From Octopus sinensis (taxonomy: Eukaryota), in the NCBI RefSeq assembly GCF_006345805.1, contig NW_021826229.1, forward strand, positions 1 through 35,956: a stretch of 35,956 nucleotides of DNA, given 5' to 3'. Positions 24,216-35,838 of this stretch are shown piece after piece. The notes beneath the pieces were generated by a model, which did no database searches, was not told the DNA's origin, and worked only from the letters and a program-made list of their open reading frames with translations. The translations under genes were made by a program, and so were the position numbers. The number at the start of each line of letters is the position of its first letter. Position 1 is the first letter of the stretch.

Positions 24216-24472
24216 ATATATATAAATATAGCCACGAAACACGTGTAGTCTTTTTACTAATTATATACTATTTATTTACTATATTGTACTTTACTTAATT
24301 ATAAGTGTATGTTTTATTGTATATTTAATCTTTTCTATATGGTATGATTTAATTATATCATTGTTGAATTGCTACATGGTGGTTCTTATCTAATTTATAT
24401 ACATATATATTGTGAAATTTGATTTAGTATTACTAAATTGAATTTTCCCTGTAAGTATGGAATCATATTCCC

Positions 24473-24537
<65 letters not shown>

Positions 24538-24640
24538 GTCGTCTAAATTATGCAAAATTAAAAATAACACTGACGTGTCATTTTAACAGATATATTTACC
24601 AAAATTACATAAAAATATTTGAAAAACTAAAAGAGTAAAT

Positions 24641-25845
24641 TTATTCATTAAATTCGCCATTAGCTTCAACCACAGTCTCCAGACAACTTCGGAATGCTAC
24701 CATAATCCTTACCTTCAGTTCATTTTTGGTCTTACAAGGAGTTTTGTTGGTCTCTCGCTCAACTGTACATCACACATAAGAATCAAGAGGAGTTGCAGAC
24801 TGGGGAGTTATGTGGCCAGATGTTAGGGGCGATGTGGTCACAAAAATTGCCTGACAGCTATGTTGCCAGACATGGGGGTCTTCCAGTAACCACCCTCTTG
24901 ACCCAGGGCAGCACTACCTCCTCCAGGCACTTGATATAGCCCTCCGTGTTGAGTCTGAGTCCGTGTAGGAGGATGAATGAAGGCATAACGTTACCATCAC
25001 TAATGATCACTCCAAACACCATGATGTTGACTGGATATTTGAGTTCTATCACTCTCGGTACATGTTTTGGGGAAACGACAAGCCAACAGTTCTTCTGTGT
25101 GTTCACCATCAGATCCTGGCGGAAATCTTTCTCGTCTGAGAAAAACCAAAGCACGTTCGCTTGGAGAGGATGCTTGAGTTTGTTGAAAAGCTTCTTAGCG
25201 TGTTCTTTCTTCTTGTTCTTGTTAACGTGGGATAAAAATTGGTTCTTTTTCTTCATATATGAGGAATACCTATTTCTTTACTACCCACAAGGGGCTAAAC
25301 ACAGAGAGGACAAACAAGGACAGACAAATGGTTTAAGTCGATTATATCGACCCCAGTGCGTAACTGGTACTTAATTTATCGACCCCAAAAGAATGAAAGG
25401 CAAAGTCGACCTCGGCGGAATTTGAACTCAGAACGTAGCGGCAGACGAAATACCGTTAAGCATTTCGCCCAGCGTGCTAACGTTTCTGCCAGCTCGCCGA
25501 TTTATATGAGGAATACCGAATGTCTTCATCCACTACCTGCCTGATAAGAAACCCAAATACTCCCAGGTCCCTGGCAATGAACCTGAGGGATCAGGAGGGA
25601 TCGTTGTCAATCATCTCACCAACATATTCAGGAGTTCTTTTCTTATCAGAACGATCAGAGTGAGTTTTCCAAGCAGCAGTACCTTCGTAATCACCATTAG
25701 ACTCATCCAACTCTTTCCGAATTCTCTTCTCTGTCCTCAGATTGGCACTCACACACTCTCAAATGTTCGTATTGGAGCTTCTAGCGCGAATGCCAAACAG
25801 TACAGCATGTCGTTTTCAAGTTTTTGGCAGAGTGAATTGCGTCAT
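24641..25845 (-). pseudogene. maT-type transposase pseudogene, interrupted by a group C SINE
   Basis: MTQFTLP...RFIARDLGV...EDIRYSSY|MKKKNQFLS...LWFFSDEKDF...IMVFGVI...YIKCLEEVVLPW...VWQ...WPHNSP...VVEANGEFNE*. Internal deletions remove part of the D-D spacer. Confidence 0.88.
25271..25502 (-). mobile_element. SINE group C, full length, Tx1-like tail
   Basis: Head GGCGAGCTGGCAGAAACGTTAGC; domain GAGGTCGACTTTGCCTTTCATTC...GATAAATTAAGTACCAG. 15-bp TSD TATATGAGGAATACC at 25256-25270 and 25503-25517. Confidence 0.95.
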
Positions 25846-26329
25846 GGTAGTTTTTTTTCTTTCTCACAGACGGTACTCAACTGAGCCTACTATACTATGT
25901 AGTCAACAAAATCAAAATTAAACAATGTGCATGCGCGAAATTGAAAATATAGAATGGCGATAATTTACCCACCGCACACTCTGTGTGTGTGTGTGTGTTG
26001 TGTGTGTGTGTGTGGTGTGTGTGTGTGCGTGCGTATGTCTGTGTCAGTATGTATACCTTCGAGGTTATTATTATTATTATTATTATCATTACTATTATAA
26101 TTCTTAGTACTATCATTATTATTAATGAGAAATGAATTGCATAATTAAGTAAATATAACAACTGGACGCGTTAATTAGACATTATTCAAATTAAAATCCC
26201 TGTCAGCTGATAAACCAATATCGTTTTGATCATTTAGCAATAATTTCTACATTCAATTAGATTTTTACTGATGAGATTAGCAATTTTAAATTGATGGCGG
26301 GGGTGAGGGTTGGTGGGGGAGGGATACTT

Positions 26330-26640
26330 GTGATAGTGGTGGTGGTGGTGGTGGTGGTTTTGGTGGTGGTGGTGGTGGTGGTGTTGATGGCGGCGGCGGC
26401 GGTGGTGGCGGTGGTAGTGGTGGAGTTGGTGCTGGCGCTGGTGGTGGCAGTTGGGGTAATGGTGATGGTGGGGGTGGTAGTGGTGGTGGTGGTGGTGGTG
26501 GTGGTGGTGATGGTGGTGCCGGTGGTGGCCGGCGGTGGCCGGTGGTGGCCGGCGGTGGCCGGTGGTGGCCGGCGGTGGCCGGTAATGGCCGGCGGTGGTG
26601 GTTGTGGTGGTGCTGCTGCTGCTGGTGGTGCTTCCATGAT
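26330..26640. repeat. (GGT/GGC)n array with an embedded 10-bp/20-bp repeat
   Basis: GGTGGTGGCC and GGCGGTGGCC alternate at 26521-26600. Confidence 0.9.
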
Positions 26641-26673
26641 AATGGTATTGGTGGTTGATATTACTGATATGTG

Positions 26674-27060
26674 AAGTCGGTAAGCTAGCAGAACAATTAC
26701 CGTGCCGGTCAAACTTCTTAGCGATATTTCGTCCGGCTCTTTACGTTCTAAGTTCAAATCCGCCGAGGTCGACTTTACCCTTTTCATCGTTTCTGGGTCG
26801 ATAAAATAATTACCAGTTGCTTACTGAGGTCACTGTAATCGACTTAACTTTTCTCCCGAAATTGCTGGCCCTGTGCCAAACTTTGAAGTCACTATTATTA
26901 ATATGTGAAGACGGCGATCTAGTAAAATCGTTTAAGTGCCGGTTAAAATGTTTAGCAACGTTTCTTTCGGCTCTTTACGTACGGAATTCAGATTCTGTCG
27001 AAGCCGTTGTCTTTTGCCTTGACGTCGATAAAATGATTACTGGTTGGGCACTGAAATCAA
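26674..27060 (+). mobile_element. Two tandem degraded group C SINEs (about 26674-26895 and 26905-27060)
   Basis: GCTAGCAGAAC...GAGGTCGACTTTACC...GTCGATAAAATAATTACCAG. The second copy has CGGCTCTTTACGT...GTCGATAAAATGATTACTGG. Confidence 0.75.
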
Positions 27061-27084
27061 TATAATTGTCTCACTCTATTCCTA

Positions 27085-27540
27085 AGGTGCGTGTCTCGGA
27101 AGTTAGATTGACGGGCTCACAATCATGGGGTAGTGAGTTCGATTCCCGGGCCGATTTATGTGTTGTGTTCTTGAGCAAGACACTTTACTTAACGTTGTTC
27201 CAGTTTACTCAGCTGTAGAAATGAGTTGCGACGTCACTGATGCCAAACTGTATTGGCCTTTGCCTTTCTCTTGGATAACATCGGTGGCATGGAGAGGGGA
27301 TTCTGGTATGCATGGATGACTGCTGGTCTTCCACAAACAACCTTGCCCGGACGTGTGCCTCGAAGGGGAACTCGAAAGGGATCTTTACATTATGCACATA
27401 TGATGGCGTGGAGAGAAGAGGCTGGTATGCATGGGCGAATACTTGCTTTCCATAAAACAACCATGCCCGGAGTAGCGCCTCAGAGGGGAACTTTCTAGGT
27501 GCAATCCCATTGTCATTCATGACTGACCGAAAGGGGGCTC
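27085..27540 (+). mobile_element. SINE group B variant (B-prime) with internally duplicated 3' body
   Basis: GAGTTCGATTCCC B box, TGTTCTTGAGCAAGACACTTTAC core. Collinear with 33673-34135. Confidence 0.88.
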
Positions 27541-27620
27541 ATTACACTTTTTACATTTTGCCTTTTCCCTATTCCTAAATCAAAATCAAAATATTGCTGA
27601 CACGCGAAAGGAATATTCGT

Positions 27621-28034
27621 GGTGGAGGAGTGGCTGTGTGGTAAGTAGCTTGCTAACCAACCACATGGTTCCGGGTTCAGTCCCACAGCGTGGCGTCTTG
27701 GATAAGTGTCTTCTGCTATAGCCCCGGGCCGACCAATGCCTTATGAGTGGATTTGGTAGACGGAAACTGATAGAAGCCTGTCGTATATATGCACATATAT
27801 ATGTGTGTGTGTGTGTGTTTGTGTGTCTGTGTTTGTCCCCCTAGCATTGCTTGACAACCGATGCTGGTGTGTTTACGTCCCCGTCACTTAGCGGTTCGGC
27901 AAAAGAGACCGATAGAATAAGTACTGGGCTTACAAAGAATAAGTCGCGGGGTCGATTTGCTCGACTAAAGGCGATGCTCCAGCGTGACCGCAGTCAAATG
28001 ACTGAAACAAGTAAAAGAGTAAAGGGTAAAGAGA
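27621..28034 (+). mobile_element. SINE group D, full length, short (TAAAAGAG)-type tail
   Basis: Collinear with 22117-22508. Confidence 0.93.
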
Positions 28035-28036
28035 GG

Positions 28037-28362
<326 letters not shown>

Positions 28363-28538
28363 AGTGGTAGTTGCTCCGATAATTGGCGGTAACTTGGTCA
28401 GCGAATCCTCTGCAACAGTTGATAATCGATGGTGAGGTGAGCGGGCTGCGGATCACATTATCCCAAAATATATATATACATATGACCAGGAACCACATAT
28501 GATCTGGTATTCCCATTGAAACCTCCCAGCATGAATTC

Positions 28539-28602
<64 letters not shown>

Positions 28603-28789
28603 TTCTCTCTCTCTCTTTCGTGAGGGATGTCGGTCATTCGTTGGTCGGTGCTGGCTCAACTCAACCCGTAGGAATGCCGCAGCATGTACAGGTACTTCAC
28701 CTTTCCCTTCAACAGTTGTTGACCTTGTGTCAAAACTAGAAAGCCTTATTACTATCATACCCAACAGTAATATCAGTAACTTTAGCTGA

Positions 28790-29005
28790 TCTTAACTATG
28801 ACGTACAACCGATCATGGCCTTGTACTTAGCTCTCTTCAATCGTTATTACTAATATACCGATTGTAAAATCAGTAGGTTTTGTGGGTCTTAACTATGATA
28901 CGCAATTGATGTTGGCCTTGTACTCAGCACTATTAAATAAATACTTATTACTAATATAAACAGTTTCAAAACTGGTCGTAAACTATGACGTACAATCGAT
29001 ACTGT
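28790..29005. repeat. Diverged tandem repeat, about 90-97 bp period, just over 2 units
   Basis: TCTTAACTATGA...TGGCCTTGTACT(T/C)AGC...TTATTACTAATATA at 28790 and 28887, with a partial unit at 28976. Confidence 0.8.
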
Positions 29006-29199
29006 TTATCTTCCTTGAAAAACAAAATACAATCACTGCCATTCTTAAGCTGGCATTGATACACTCAAACTATTTTATACTGGCATTAAGTCTTTCTAAA
29101 TTTCATATTATTGTATTACAATATATCCTCCGGCTGTCTGAGCTGATCGATTTCAACATATGGTTCAGTAAAAACGCATCAACAACAACAACTATAATA

Positions 29200-29316
29200 A
29201 TAACGATACACACATGCATATACATATATAATATATATATGCATATGTAGATATATGTATATATATATATATATGTATGTATGTATATATTATGTATATA
29301 TATGCATATGTATACG

Positions 29317-29354
<38 letters not shown>

Positions 29355-29611
29355 ATATATAATATATATGTATATATACGTATATGATAAATATATATCT
29401 ATATATATATGTATGTATGTATGTATATATATATATGCATATGGAGATATATATATAATGGTGTGTGTGGTGTGTGTGTGTGTATGTATGTATGTATATA
29501 TATGTATTATATATGTATATATATGTATATGTATACGTATATATTATATATGTATATATATGTATATACATGTATATGTATATGTATATATATATCTATA
29601 TCTATATATAC

Positions 29612-29700
<89 letters not shown>
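29200..29700. repeat. (TA)n/(TATG)n/(TG)n compound microsatellite
   Basis: Direct inspection. Confidence 0.9.
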
Positions 29701-29701
<1 letters not shown>

Positions 29702-30248
29702 CGTGAAGGCAGTAGAAAAAGCTGTAGCAACGATGACAAGAAAACAATAACAACATGCAACGATGATAATACAAGACTTTGAATTGATAGATCAAAGATG
29801 TTATTCTCCTATTTATTTATTTATTGATTTATATATTTATTTATTTAATCTCATGTTAGTACAAAATAAGGATTTTGAAAAATAAAAATTATTAATCAAA
29901 TATAAATAACAAAGAAGTACTTTTTTTTTCCTGCAAAGATAAAAATAAAAATGAAAACAGAACAAACAAGAATAACAACTTCCGGTTCCTTGATGACTCC
30001 ATCACTGAATGTCTTATTTAATTTATTTTATTTTTATTATGTGTTTCTCTTCTTTAATGATATCAGAATGACTAGTTCTTCTTTTATAACTAACAATTTA
30101 TTGTTTGTGTGATAAAAGCCAGTTCTTTTTTTCCTTCTTCTTTCTGTGGTCAAAAACGCAATAACAAGCAGAAGTAGTCATTCGCCGCTGTAATCGCACG
30201 ATTGATACCCACGTTCAATGAGCCGTTTATTCAACGATCCCGTTATAA

Positions 30249-30439
30249 ATGGCTGCCATCAAAAGGCGAAACATTTCTCCTCTGTTCTCTGTACAACAAA
30301 ATGAACGCATCCAAATTCCGTGGTATAACTGTTCACAAATTCATGGCTGACATGAAAAGACGAAACGTTTTTCTCTTGTTGTGCTGTGTACAACAAAATA
30401 AACGAAATCAGATTCCGCGGTATAACTGCTCACAAATTC
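30249..30439. repeat. Diverged tandem duplication of complex sequence (94 + 97 bp)
   Basis: Both units read ATGGCTG(C/A)CAT...CGAAAC...TGTACAACAAAAT...ATTCCG(T/C)GGTATAACTG(T/C)TCACAAATTC. Confidence 0.85.
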
Positions 30440-30959
30440 ATTCGCAAATCGATTCAATACAACTTATTTTTCTTGCGCTTATTTTTCAAATTCTTTTCTT
30501 TTATTTTATCTTCTTACAGACAAATTCTGAAATAAAAAGACATAATCTTTAATGAAGCAATAGTTACGTTTAACAACGTTTGGCGTGTTTCGTTTCTCTC
30601 TGTATTTTTGTATTCATTAGGGTCGATTGAAGGAGATTGTGAAAAGAAATTGCATGACAAATATATAGATACATACATATATACACATATGTGTATGTGC
30701 GTGTATGTGTGAGAGAGAGAGAGAGAGGAGTGTGTGTGTGTGAGTGAGTGTATGTGTATACGTACATGTCTCTGTATACGTATATGTATAATATCTGTTT
30801 GTATCTAGTGGATTTCTTTTTTGTACACTAATTTTTGTCATTCCTATTGATACGTATCACTATCATCATCATCATCATCATCATCATCATCGTCATTGTC
30901 ATTGTCATCGTCATCGTCATCGTCGTCGTCGTTGTTGTTGTTGTTCTTATTGTTGTTAA

Positions 30960-31185
30960 GAAGGCGACGAGCTGGCAGAATCGTTAGCACACCGGACGAA
31001 ACGCTTAGCAGCATCATTTCGCCCTCTCTCACGTTCTGAGTTCAAATTCCGTCGAGATCGACTTTACCTCTCACCTTTTCGAGATCGATAACGAATGTGC
31101 CAATTGAGCACTGGAGCCGGTGTAATCTACTAGCACCCGTTTCCCAAAAGTTTCAGGCCTTCTGGTCTATAGTAGAAAAAAATTC
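30960..31185 (+). mobile_element. SINE group C with an alternative 3' tail
   Basis: AAGGCGACGAGCTGGCAGAATCGTTAGC head; tail TTTCAGGCCTTCTGGTCTATAGTAGAAA. Confidence 0.85.
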
Positions 31186-31382
31186 TTATAACCAGAGGAA
31201 CCCGTCGAATTTCCCCGCTGTAAGCTAACATATTTGAAAACATGTTAATATATTAAACATAAGCAACAAATTTGAAAATATTTTCTTAGAATATTGCAAT
31301 TTATTAAAAACTTTATTTTTAAATATAATTGAAATGAACTAACGCGGTATTGCTTATTTAACTTCTGGCATAATCTGTTTTT

Positions 31383-31655
31383 TTATTACCCGCAAGGGGC
31401 TAAGAATAGAGGGTACAAAAAAAGGACAGACAAATGGATTAAGTCGATTATATCGACCCCAGTGCGTCACTGGTACTTATTTAATTGACTCCGAAAGGAT
31501 GAAAGGCAAAGTCGACCTCGGCAGAATTTGAACCCAGAACGTAACGGCAGACGAAATACGGCTACGTATTTCGCCCGGCATGCTAACGTTTCTGCCAGCT
31601 CGCCGTCTTAATACTTCTGGCAGAATCATTAGCACACCGGGTGAAATGCTTTGCA
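31383..31655 (-). mobile_element. SINE group C (minus, about 31383-31610, Tx1-like tail) plus an opposed head fragment (plus, 31619-31655)
   Basis: Collinear with 25271-25502; immediately followed by CTGGCAGAATCATTAGCACACCGGGTGAAATGC. Confidence 0.88.
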
Positions 31656-31761
31656 TTTTTCTAACAATAATAATCATAATATTAATAATATATATAGTGG
31701 TATCAAAGACAAAGTAGTATATAACTGCACTAGTATTAATCAGAATAAAAAGAAACCTAAA

Positions 31762-32330
31762 AATAGGCCAAGGAAAATTATTTGGTTCACCCCTCACATT
31801 TCCCTTAATATATAAACTAACATTGGTAAAAGATTCCTGTCACTCCAAGACAAACACTTTCCAGCCACTCACAGAGACGGGAAAATATAGGCGTTCTGTG
31901 AAATTTTAATATAGTTGCCGCCCCAATATGAAGAGTATCATTACCCGAGGTCAACACCAAGAGCCTGAATCCAGCTGCAATTGTCGTATCCCAGGATTCT
32001 GTCCACTTGAAATGAAATAATTAACTTTTACATATATATATGTAGAAATACAATAAGAGGCTTCCAAATAGAAAAGCGTTGTGCTAGAAAGAGCAGTAGA
32101 AATCTCAAGACCACAAAAAGGGATAAATTCACGAAAAGAATGAAAGTTAAAAACGTTTACCATTTCAACTATTTCCCAGACCGCGGTTTCTAACTATTTC
32201 CAGCAAAAAAATATTTACTGAAGGCCAGTTTTCTTCAGTGGGATAGCCTTTTTATATATATATAAATAATGAGGGTGATAAATTGAATTTTAATTTAATT
32301 AACATAAATTTAAAACCAGTAGCTTAGCAT
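31762..32330 (+). mobile_element. Penelope-like element fragment (RT to GIY-YIG linker)
   Basis: [33 protein letters not shown]...YSCRPNMKSII...CNCRIPGFCPL, matching the WFNPP / YSC / CNCR-CPL motifs of Penelope-like ORFs. Confidence 0.85.
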
Positions 32331-32369
32331 ATAGAAAAATCTGATAATTCAGAACAATTGTAATACATG

Positions 32370-32663
32370 CGTATAATAGGGATGACCACTAAGTGGACAT
32401 CCAATATGCTAGAAGAAGATCACTTATGATCTAACTACAATGAAAAGAATGTTCTCTAGAGAAATTCAGCATGATTACCGAAGTTGGTGACGAAACCGGT
32501 CTACGATTAATTCTGTATTTTGTATATTTTCATCTGTCTTACCAGCTTATGTTCTGGTGGTTGCTGAATTTCTCTAGAGAACATTCTTTTCTTTGTAGTT
32601 AGATGGTAGGGGATCTTCTTCTAGCATATTGGACGCCCACTTAGTGGTCATCCCTATTATACG
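32370..32663. repeat. 102-bp inverted repeat (7 mismatches) with a 90-bp spacer; probable Penelope terminal structure
   Basis: Arms at 32370-32471 and 32562-32663. The spacer contains GAAACCGGTC. Confidence 0.92.
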
Positions 32664-32676
32664 TATATATATATAT

Positions 32677-32721
<45 letters not shown>

Positions 32722-32755
32722 AAGAGAGACAGAGGGAGACAAAGAGAGAAATATG

Positions 32756-32864
<109 letters not shown>

Positions 32865-33672
32865 GTACACACACTCATGCATTATGAATAATATTCTGTT
32901 AGTCCTACCAAATACAAAATTCGGATTCGAAACAAGAAAATATCCGTTGCAGGGAAAAATACTGGAATCCTTTAAATTCAGTTTCCTGGATATGATAAAG
33001 AACTAAAGATCTAACATTATTCCGTTACTTTCCAAAACATTTTAATGAATAATTTTGTAGCATTTTTGTCACTCCATAAAATTGCATATGTCTTCATATT
33101 ATACAGCAAAAGAGAAACTGAAAGAGATTTGTATAAGTAATTTCTTTCTATCAATATAACAGCGATATATAAAACAGCTAATCCTGAAGCATACGGCTTT
33201 ATTAACATTAGCAAGAAATCATAGCAGTTCTGAATCGTTAAGATGGATGATAAAACTGGATGTTTAGAAGTCAATCTCCCCACCCGAATTATCCTCAAAG
33301 AATATAAACCTAATTGGTTAGCTGACCCTAATTAATCCTACTAAAAATTAAGTCGGTAATTAGCACAATCGTACTTAACAGAATTATTGATAGAATAAAC
33401 TATACCTTCTGCTAACTTTCACTGGAAAAGCAGTTTCTCATAAATAGATTGTTCGAGAATTTCTATGACATATATGTTCGAAAATTCACAGTTTGACATC
33501 GTTGCATTTTGCCCTTCGTTTATTCAGGTTATTGAAGTTCTTTTAATGAAAACCTTACAGTTCAACAGTTTTACCTTCATGGATTTGAACAAAGATATCC
33601 TTTCTAAGTTTATCTCTACAGATTTTCTATAGAATTCGTGCACAATACTGACTTGTAAATCTTTAATATAAA

Positions 33673-34135
33673 GACACCTTCCGTCATGGATGACCATTGG
33701 ATTGCAACAAGAAAGTTACCTTCCGAGGCACTACTCCGGGAAAGATTACTTTTATGGGAGACCAATAGTTGGCCATGCATACCAGACTCTCATCTCCACA
33801 CCATTATATGTACATAAGGTAAAGAGTTAAGACGACTTTTGGTCATGATTGCGCCTAGAATGTTCCCTTTCGAGGCACAAACCCAACCAAGGTTGTTTAT
33901 GGAAGACCAGCAGTCACCCTTGCATGCCAGCCTCTCCACGCCACCGATGTTATCCAAGAGAAAGACAAAGACCGATACAGTTTGGCACCAGTGACATCGC
34001 AACTCATTTTTGCAGCTGAGTGAATTTGGTGTAACGTGAAATAAAGTATCTTGCTCAAGAACATAACACTGCCCGGTCCTGGAATCGAACTCACTATCTC
34101 ATGGTTGTGAGCCCGACGCTCTAACCACTGAGTTA
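33673..34135 (-). mobile_element. SINE group B-prime
   Basis: Reverse complement CTCAGTGGTTAGAGCGTCGGGCTCAC...GAGTTCGATTCC...TTCTTGAGCAAGATACTTTATTTCAC; body matches 27085-27540. Confidence 0.9.
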
Positions 34136-34221
34136 TGTTCCTTCGTAGTATATTATGGTTGCAAAACAAAATGGTGCCCATGCTAGTAGGTGATAGATTT
34201 TGTTATTATGCATGAGACTAC

Positions 34222-34570
34222 TTTATCTTTCATCCTTTCGGAGATCGATACAATAAGTACCAGTTGCACACTGAGATCGATGTGATCGACTAGCCCCTCC
34301 CCTCAAAATTTCAGGTCTTGTGCCTATAACAGGATTATTATGCATGAGACAAGGCAGCGAGCTGGCAAAATCGCTAGCACGCCGGGCAAAATACTTGACG
34401 CCATTTTGTCCGTCTTTACGTTCTAAGTTCAAATTTCGCTGAGGTCGACTTTGTCTTTCATCCCTCCGGGAGGTCAATAAAATAATTACTATTTCAACAC
34501 TGGGGGTCGATGTAATCGATTTATCACTTCCCCCCGGAAATTGCAGGCCTTGTGCCAAAATTTGAAATCT
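34222..34570 (+). mobile_element. Group C SINE 3' fragment (34222-34338) followed by a full group C copy (34347-34570), each with a non-Tx1 tail
   Basis: CTTTCATCCTTTCGGAGATCGATACAATAAGTACCAG; AAGGCAGCGAGCTGGCAAAATCGCTAGC...GAGGTCGACTTTGTCTTTCATCC. Confidence 0.85.
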
Positions 34571-34657
34571 GTATGCTTGAGACAAAATGCGTAATGCTTG
34601 GCAGCTTTCCAATGAACCTAATTGCGACTTTGAGGGCGCTGAAGTTTACAATTTAAA

Positions 34658-34897
34658 CAGGGATTCTCAACTATTTTTTGCCTATGGACACCCCCCCCCT
34701 TGATTCCGATTTTACTCAGATGGACCATCGTAACAATTTGAAAAAAATATTGTATTTTTATAATTATATGTTATTAGGAATTGTATTAAAAAAGTGTTAA
34801 AACGTTTGGTGCATTGTAGAAGTATAACAAGTCACTCCACATGAACTTGAACAACAAAATCTTATATGGTCATATAGACCCCATTTAAGAACCACTG
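34658..34897 (+). mobile_element. hAT (Charlie-like) MITE
   Basis: Ends CAGGGATTCTCAAC and TTAAGAACCACTG; flanks ATTTAAA and ATTTAAT form an imperfect TSD. Confidence 0.65.
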
Positions 34898-35838
34898 ATT
34901 TAATAGGGTTATATATTTTAGACAGTCAGTTGTTTAAATCTAACTTTATAGAATCGGGAACTTTACAGAATTAGCGAAGATTCTCTAATCTTAAACTGTG
35001 ATAAAAATGACCATCAATTAGACAAACTTAGAAGAGATTAAATGATTAGTTTTAAAAGATTTACCAGGAATTACAATATGTTCTAATACTAATAAGCCAA
35101 CGCTTTGTACATTATAAGCAATCTGACTTCAGTTATTTATATCCCTATGAAGAAAACTAAAATTAAACGTTATGGTCCCCAACACTTGAATTCAGAAAAA
35201 TTCAGAAAAATTTAACAAGAAATATTTGTAAAATAATTTCCAGAGTAAGCGTCTCATGAAGGGATATTTTATTTTAAAGATTTAAGCAGAAGCGAATTCA
35301 CGGATTGGACAACATACATCCTGCTACACATGCTAGCAAGACGAGAACAACGAACATTACATGGTATAACATTCCTTTTACTTAGAATGCTCTTAGAGTA
35401 CCACAAAATTCTTAATAGATAAGTCTTAAGTATGTTACTTCTGTACGGATAATTTAGTTTCTTTATTGGTTAGGATTAATAGTACCCTACCAACCTGTGA
35501 TTTCTCGACTCAGATGTGTATCTTCTCTAAATTGCAAGTATACCACACCAAGGTTTTTTTTTTTTTTGGTTTTTTTTTACTAATAACAACGACAAAATAT
35601 GTTACATAGGCTTCACTGAGATCTCATTTAAAGCTAGAAATGCTCACTGCAATGACCACGAATAACCCTTTTCCATGTCCAAAACATTCAACAGTCAATG
35701 ACGGGTTTTAACTTCTTAAATTCTGAGTTGGAGTTGCTTCCTTCGTGCTCACATCAAAGAAGGTTTATTCTTGAATCCTTTAAGTTGCCCCCCGGATGAT
35801 TTTGTGCACGTTTTTATATAACTGGACCCTATCATAAG

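Larger units (their letters stand above)
24530..25983 (-). mobile_element. Tc1/mariner (maT/DD37D-like) element, near full length, degraded
   Basis: Transposase remnants plus 5' end CAGAGTGTGCGGTGGGTAAATTATCGCC at 25983. The opposite end is eroded next to (TTA)n. Confidence 0.85.
32900..35800 (+). mobile_element. Highly degraded Penelope-like element interrupted by later insertions
   Basis: LINPTKN*VG-ISTIVLNRIIDRIN (about 33325-33400), NITWYNIPF (about 35355), YIGFTEISFKAR (35603) and LNSELELLPSCSHQRRFIL (about 35715-35775). That these belong to one element is inferred from their order. Confidence 0.65.

Noticed and set aside
30202-30552. 116-aa ORF
   Set aside because: It has a non-ATG start, spans the 94/97-bp duplication whose unit lengths are not codon multiples, and has no recognisable protein features.
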